From positions 32,001 to 96,000 of the forward strand of contig OZ224045.1 of the NCBI GenBank assembly GCA_963665325.3: a stretch of DNA of 64,000 bases, given 5' to 3'. Under the pieces are notes generated by a model, which worked only from the letters and a program-made list of their open reading frames with translations, did not search any database and was not told where the DNA came from. The DNA is from Alphaproteobacteria bacterium. Its GTDB lineage: Bacteria; Pseudomonadota; Alphaproteobacteria; Bin95. Positions 59,947-64,000 of the stretch are shown in pieces (within the stretch, counting starts at the first letter, position 1; each line of letters begins with the position of its first letter). Made by a program: the position numbers and the translations under genes.

Positions 59947-60668
59947 GTCGATTCGGCCGGAATCTTCGGGATGCGGCGCTCTTCCTCGGGGCGCCGGTCG
60001 GGCGGCGTCACGATGCCGCCGGAGACCACCATCTTGATGCCCTCCTCGATCGTCATGGAAAGCGGGGTCAGGTCCCGCTTCGGCACGAACAGAAGGAAGC
60101 CGGAGGTGGGGTTGGGAGTCGTCGGCAGGAAGATGTTCACCAGGTCGTCTTCCGTCAGGTTCTGCACTTCGCCTTCGGTCATGCCCGAGACGAAAGCCAG
60201 GCACCAGAGGCCGCGCCGGGGATACTCCACCAGCACGACCTGCCGGAAGGCCGTGGACTTGTGCGCCAACACGGTTTCGAAAATCTGCTTGAGCGCGCCA
60301 TAGACCGTTCGCACGACGGGCATGCGGCTCAACATGCGCTCGCCGGCCCGGATCAGCGTCCGGCCCAACAGGCCCGCGGCCAGGTAGCCGACCAGCGAAA
60401 GCGCAATTATGAAGATGATCAGGCCGATGCCCGGTATCGAAAAGGGCAGATACTGTTCCGGGTTGTAGCCTTCGGGAATGAATCCCCGGATCCTCGAATC
60501 GAAGAACTGGACGATCTGCCAGGCCAGCCAGCCGGTGATGCCGATGGGCGCGGTGACGAGGACTCCCGCAATCACATAGTTGCGGAAGCGCAGCGGCAGG
60601 CTGCGCCCGAAACGTGCCGCCTTCACGCGCGTTCTCTTCACCCCGCTCCGCCGGGCTTTACGCGCCAT
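59943..60668 (-). CDS. DUF502 family membrane protein
   Basis: PVVRTVYGALKQIFE, VEYPRRG, FLPTTPNPTSGF. Confidence 0.9.
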   Translation of the reverse strand: MARKARRSGVKRTRVKAARFGRSLPLRFRNYVIAGVLVTAPIGITGWLAWQIVQFFDSRIRGFIPEGYNPEQYLPFSIPGIGLIIFIIALSLVGYLAAGLLGRTLIRAGERMLSRMPVVRTVYGALKQIFETVLAHKSTAFRQVVLVEYPRRGLWCLAFVSGMTEGEVQNLTEDDLVNIFLPTTPNPTSGFLLFVPKRDLTPLSMTIEEGIKMVVSGGIVTPPDRRPEEERRIPKIPAEST

Positions 60669-61659
60669 CTGCGCTCCCTTCCCCTACGGGGCGGCAGATG
60701 CGCCCCTTGCGGCCCGGTCCGGGGCCGGAATGGTTCGGCATGATCAGGATCGCTCCGTCGTAGGGCATCGCAATTTCCCGGTCGCCGTCATGGGCAATGA
60801 CCGTGCCCGCCCGCTCGAACACCTCGCAGCCGACATAGGGTGCGACAAAACGGAATCGGTCGGTCCGGGCGACGATGCCATCGGTCACCTCCAGCAGGCG
60901 CGGCCGGGGCGGCGCCTTCTCCGCGATATGGTCCTCGATATCGGCCATGTCGAGACTTCCGGCAGCCGCGATGAAGCGCAGGACGGTATCGAGCGCATGC
61001 GTGGCTGTTGCGGATGCCCAGTGCTCGCCCGCTTCCACGAGCATCGCGACCTGCGGGTTCGCCGGGTCGTTGAAGGGCTCGTGCTCGATCATCCTGAGGC
61101 CCTCCACATGGCCCGGTCCGCAGACGACAGTTCCGGGATAGCCGACCTTGAGGGCGAAGGCCCGTTCCTTCTCCAGGCCGTGGCAAAGCATGAGCGGCAC
61201 AGATGCGGTACTCATCGAATGGACGTCGAGCAGGAAGTCCGCCTGCTCGAAAACCGAGCGCAACTCGCGGGCGCGTTCCAGTTCGACGCTCCGGCGCGAG
61301 CCGTCCAGGGTTTCGAGCGTCCAAACCCGGTTGAAGTCCTCATCGACGAAACGCGAGGCGCCGGGGTTCTTCGGGTCGAAGCGGCCATAGGCGGCGGTAT
61401 TCGCGAAGGAGAGCGTCAGCACGCCGCGCCGCGGCCGGATGCCCTGCCGGAACAGGAAATCGAGCGCGATGGCGCCGCATATCTCGTTGCCGTGGGTGAC
61501 GGCGTTGACGAGCACATGCGGGCCCGGAACGCCGCTGTCGAAGCGGTGGACATAATCTATGCCCGTATTGCCGGCCTTGTAGGGAGCGATATCGGGGGCT
61601 TCGAGTTCGACGGTAAAGCTCGGCATCGGGCATTCCTCGGCGGGTGCGGCAAGGAACAT
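60658..61659 (-). CDS. Succinylglutamate desuccinylase/aspartoacylase (M14-like) family protein
   Basis: THGNEICG, DFNRVW, LLDVHSM, VEAGEHW. Start may be the second Met. Confidence 0.85.
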   Translation of the reverse strand: MFLAAPAEECPMPSFTVELEAPDIAPYKAGNTGIDYVHRFDSGVPGPHVLVNAVTHGNEICGAIALDFLFRQGIRPRRGVLTLSFANTAAYGRFDPKNPGASRFVDEDFNRVWTLETLDGSRRSVELERARELRSVFEQADFLLDVHSMSTASVPLMLCHGLEKERAFALKVGYPGTVVCGPGHVEGLRMIEHEPFNDPANPQVAMLVEAGEHWASATATHALDTVLRFIAAAGSLDMADIEDHIAEKAPPRPRLLEVTDGIVARTDRFRFVAPYVGCEVFERAGTVIAHDGDREIAMPYDGAILIMPNHSGPGPGRKGRICRPVGEGSADGA

Positions 61660-61730
61660 CTAAGCACGAACCGGAGCGGCCGGTAGCCAGGATTTTGTTG
61701 GCGGGAAGTCCGGGCTACAGTCGCAGGACG

Positions 61731-63104
61731 ATGACCGATATCTCCTCTGCCACTATCGCCGAACTGGGCCAGGCGCTGCGGGCCGGCCGGGTGACGGCGC
61801 GCGGCCTGCTGGAGCAGGCGCTTGCCAACCGCAACGAGGCGTTCGGCGCATACAAGCTCTGGATGCCGGATTATGCGGCCCGGGCTGCCGACCTCGCCGA
61901 TGCCGCGTTCACGCAGGGCCTCGATTTCGGGCCGTTGCAGGGCTTGCCGGTGTCGGTGAAAGACCTGTTCGGCCTCGCCGGCGCGCCGACACATGCCGGC
62001 GCCCCGAAGCCGCTGCCTGCCTCCTGGGAGACTGAGGGGCCGGTTGTAACTGCAGTCCGGAACGGGCTTGCAGTCGTTACCGGCAAGACACACACGGTCG
62101 AATTCGCCTTCGGCGGCGTCGGCTCGAACCCGCATTGGGGCACGCCGCGCAATCCCTGGGGCGGAACGGCCCACCGCGTGCCGGGCGGCTCCAGCGCCGG
62201 CGCCGGCGTCTCGTTGCTGGAGGGCACGGCAGTCGTCGCGCTTGGCTCCGACACGGCCGGTTCGGTGCGCGTTCCGGCAAGCTTCACCGGCACGGTCGGC
62301 GTTAAGACCAGCTATGGACGCTGGTCGCTGGAAGGCATCGTACCGCTCAGCCCTTCGCTCGATACCGCGGGCGTGCTGACCCGCTCGGTCGCGGACGCCG
62401 CGCTTGCCTTCGCTGCCATAGATCCCATCTGCCGGACGCCGCCGGGGCCGGCAGACCCGGCCGGGCTCAGGCTGGGCGTGGTCGAGAGCTTCTTCGAGGA
62501 TTGCGGTCCGGGTGTGGCGGAGGTCGTGCGGGCCGCCCTTGCCGAGCTCGAGGACCGGGGCGCAGAGGTACGGTCCTTCGATTTCCCGGAAGTCGCCGTC
62601 GCCAACGAAGTCTTCGGGAAGGGCGGGCTGGCGGTGCCCGAATTCGTCGCCTTTATCGAAAACGAGCTGCCCGAATTCAAGGCGACGCTGGACCCCAATG
62701 TTCGCAGCCGCTTCGAGATATTCGGGACGACTACGGCCACGGACTATCTCGGCCGCAAGATGCGTCTCGCCCGCGCCGCGCAGGCGGCGAGCGAACGACT
62801 TGCCGGTATCGACGCCGTGGTCGGGCCGACGACGCCGATCACAGCGCCGCTGTTGCAGCATGCGGCCGAAGGGGAGGGCTATCGGACGCACAACATGGCG
62901 GCGCTCCGCAACACCATGCCGGGCAATATGCTGGAACTTTGCGGGCTTACGATCCCCGCGGGTCTGGACGGGAACGGCATGCCGGTCGGCCTGCAACTTC
63001 TCGCCGGGCGCGGCATGGACGAGCGGCTGATGTCTATCGGGCTCGCCGTCGAATCCGTCATTGGTCCGGCCTCCCGCCGCCTGGGGTCCCCTCCGGGCAT
63101 GTGA
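61731..63104 (+). CDS. Amidase signature family enzyme
   Basis: GLPVSVKDLF, GKT, PGGSSAG, LGSDTAGSVRVPAS. Confidence 0.92.
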   Translation: MTDISSATIAELGQALRAGRVTARGLLEQALANRNEAFGAYKLWMPDYAARAADLADAAFTQGLDFGPLQGLPVSVKDLFGLAGAPTHAGAPKPLPASWETEGPVVTAVRNGLAVVTGKTHTVEFAFGGVGSNPHWGTPRNPWGGTAHRVPGGSSAGAGVSLLEGTAVVALGSDTAGSVRVPASFTGTVGVKTSYGRWSLEGIVPLSPSLDTAGVLTRSVADAALAFAAIDPICRTPPGPADPAGLRLGVVESFFEDCGPGVAEVVRAALAELEDRGAEVRSFDFPEVAVANEVFGKGGLAVPEFVAFIENELPEFKATLDPNVRSRFEIFGTTTATDYLGRKMRLARAAQAASERLAGIDAVVGPTTPITAPLLQHAAEGEGYRTHNMAALRNTMPGNMLELCGLTIPAGLDGNGMPVGLQLLAGRGMDERLMSIGLAVESVIGPASRRLGSPPGM

Positions 63105-63134
63105 ACCGAGCGCCCGTGAAAGGAAGCGCAATCC

Positions 63135-63917
63135 ATGGCCTATGAGCCTTTCAACCTCGCCGGCAAGGCCGCGCTGATTACCGGCGGCAACAGCGGTATC
63201 GGCCTCGGCTTCGCCGAAGCCATCGCCCAGGCGGGCGGCGATGTCTGCATCTGGGGCACGAACGAGGAGAAGAACGCCGCCGCGCTCGAAACGCTCCGCC
63301 AATACGATGTGAAGTCGGTGGCGATGCGCTGCAATGTCGCCGACGAGGAGGAGGTCGTCGAACGCTTCGCGGAAACGGTGGCCGAACTCGGCAAGGTCAC
63401 GGCCTGCTTCGCCAATGCGGGTGTCGGCTCGGACCGGCGCGCGCTGAAGGGCGGCTTCTCGACCATGCCTACCGCGGAATGGCGCCGGGTGCTGGACGTC
63501 AATCTCGACGGCGCGTTCTTCACGCTGCGGGCTGCAGCTGGCCACATGATCGAGCAGGGCATCGCCGGTTCGCTGGCTGCGACATCGAGCCTCGCCGCCA
63601 TCATGGGCCAGGCGCGCGGCGAGCATTACGGCGCCGGCAAGGGCGCGCTGGTCGCCATGATGCGCGCGCTCGCGGTCGAATACGGACGCAACGGCATTCG
63701 CGCCAACAGCGTCCTGCCCGGCTGGATAGAAACCCCGATGACGGCGCCGGCCTTCAACTGGGACCGTTTCCGCGACGCCGTGCTTCCGCGTGTGCCGGCC
63801 GGCCGATGGGGCGAGAAGGAGGATTTCGGCGGCATCGCGGTCTATCTCGTCTCCGACGCCAGCCGCTACCACTCGGGCGACACGTTCGTTATCGACGGCG
63901 CCTATTCGCTGTTTTAG
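63135..63917 (+). CDS. Short-chain dehydrogenase/reductase
   Basis: TGGNSGIG, NAG, YGAGK, PGWIET, DG. Confidence 0.92.
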   Translation: MAYEPFNLAGKAALITGGNSGIGLGFAEAIAQAGGDVCIWGTNEEKNAAALETLRQYDVKSVAMRCNVADEEEVVERFAETVAELGKVTACFANAGVGSDRRALKGGFSTMPTAEWRRVLDVNLDGAFFTLRAAAGHMIEQGIAGSLAATSSLAAIMGQARGEHYGAGKGALVAMMRALAVEYGRNGIRANSVLPGWIETPMTAPAFNWDRFRDAVLPRVPAGRWGEKEDFGGIAVYLVSDASRYHSGDTFVIDGAYSLF

Positions 63918-63933
63918 AGGGGAGTTACAGCAC

Positions 63934-64000
63934 ATGCCTGAAGGATTGGTCGAAGCGAGTATCGACGAACGCGGCGTGGCGCGCGTCGCCATCGACAACC
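63934..64000 (+). CDS. Probable enoyl-CoA hydratase/isomerase, N-terminal fragment
   Basis: GGAG RBS, then MPEGLVEASIDERGVARVAIDN, a crotonase-like start. Only 22 codons visible. Confidence 0.55.
   Translation, partial: MPEGLVEASIDERGVARVAIDN

Overview
GC-rich (roughly 65-70% by eye) alphaproteobacterial chromosome segment, inferred from the tlpA/argH-lipoprotein-lysA-TIGR02302, DUF2007/ispB and alpha/beta-hydrolase/desulfurase/ferredoxin gene orders. It is mostly housekeeping and catabolic genes: ccr, prpE, gcdH, uvrB, cysK/cysE, an OmpR/EnvZ-type pair, pyrF, argH, lysA, the trehalose cluster otsB-GH15-otsA-glk, rpmE and ispB. One accessory hot spot lies at about 13.7-19.2 kb. It contains (i) a stand-alone IS630/Tc1-type helix-turn-helix gene with no DDE domain, surrounded by long G-U-containing hairpins and flanked by an 11-bp direct repeat, and (ii) a low-GC restriction-modification cassette. 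The cassette's endonuclease (AlwI-like N-terminus plus NucS-like PD-(D/E)XK C-terminus) is split by an IS5 element and rejoins in frame when the element is removed; a second IS5 sits in its likely promoter. Other candidates for uncharacterised systems are tandem two-domain VOC paralogs with altered metal ligands next to a CoA-transferase, a membrane LytTR/DUF2141/Tat-exported carotenoid-oxygenase module, a hook-less Mre11/Rad50-like pair, and a 267-bp branched palindrome between cysK and cysE. No rRNA, tRNA or CRISPR array was recognised. All calls come from motif recognition by eye; no searches were run.
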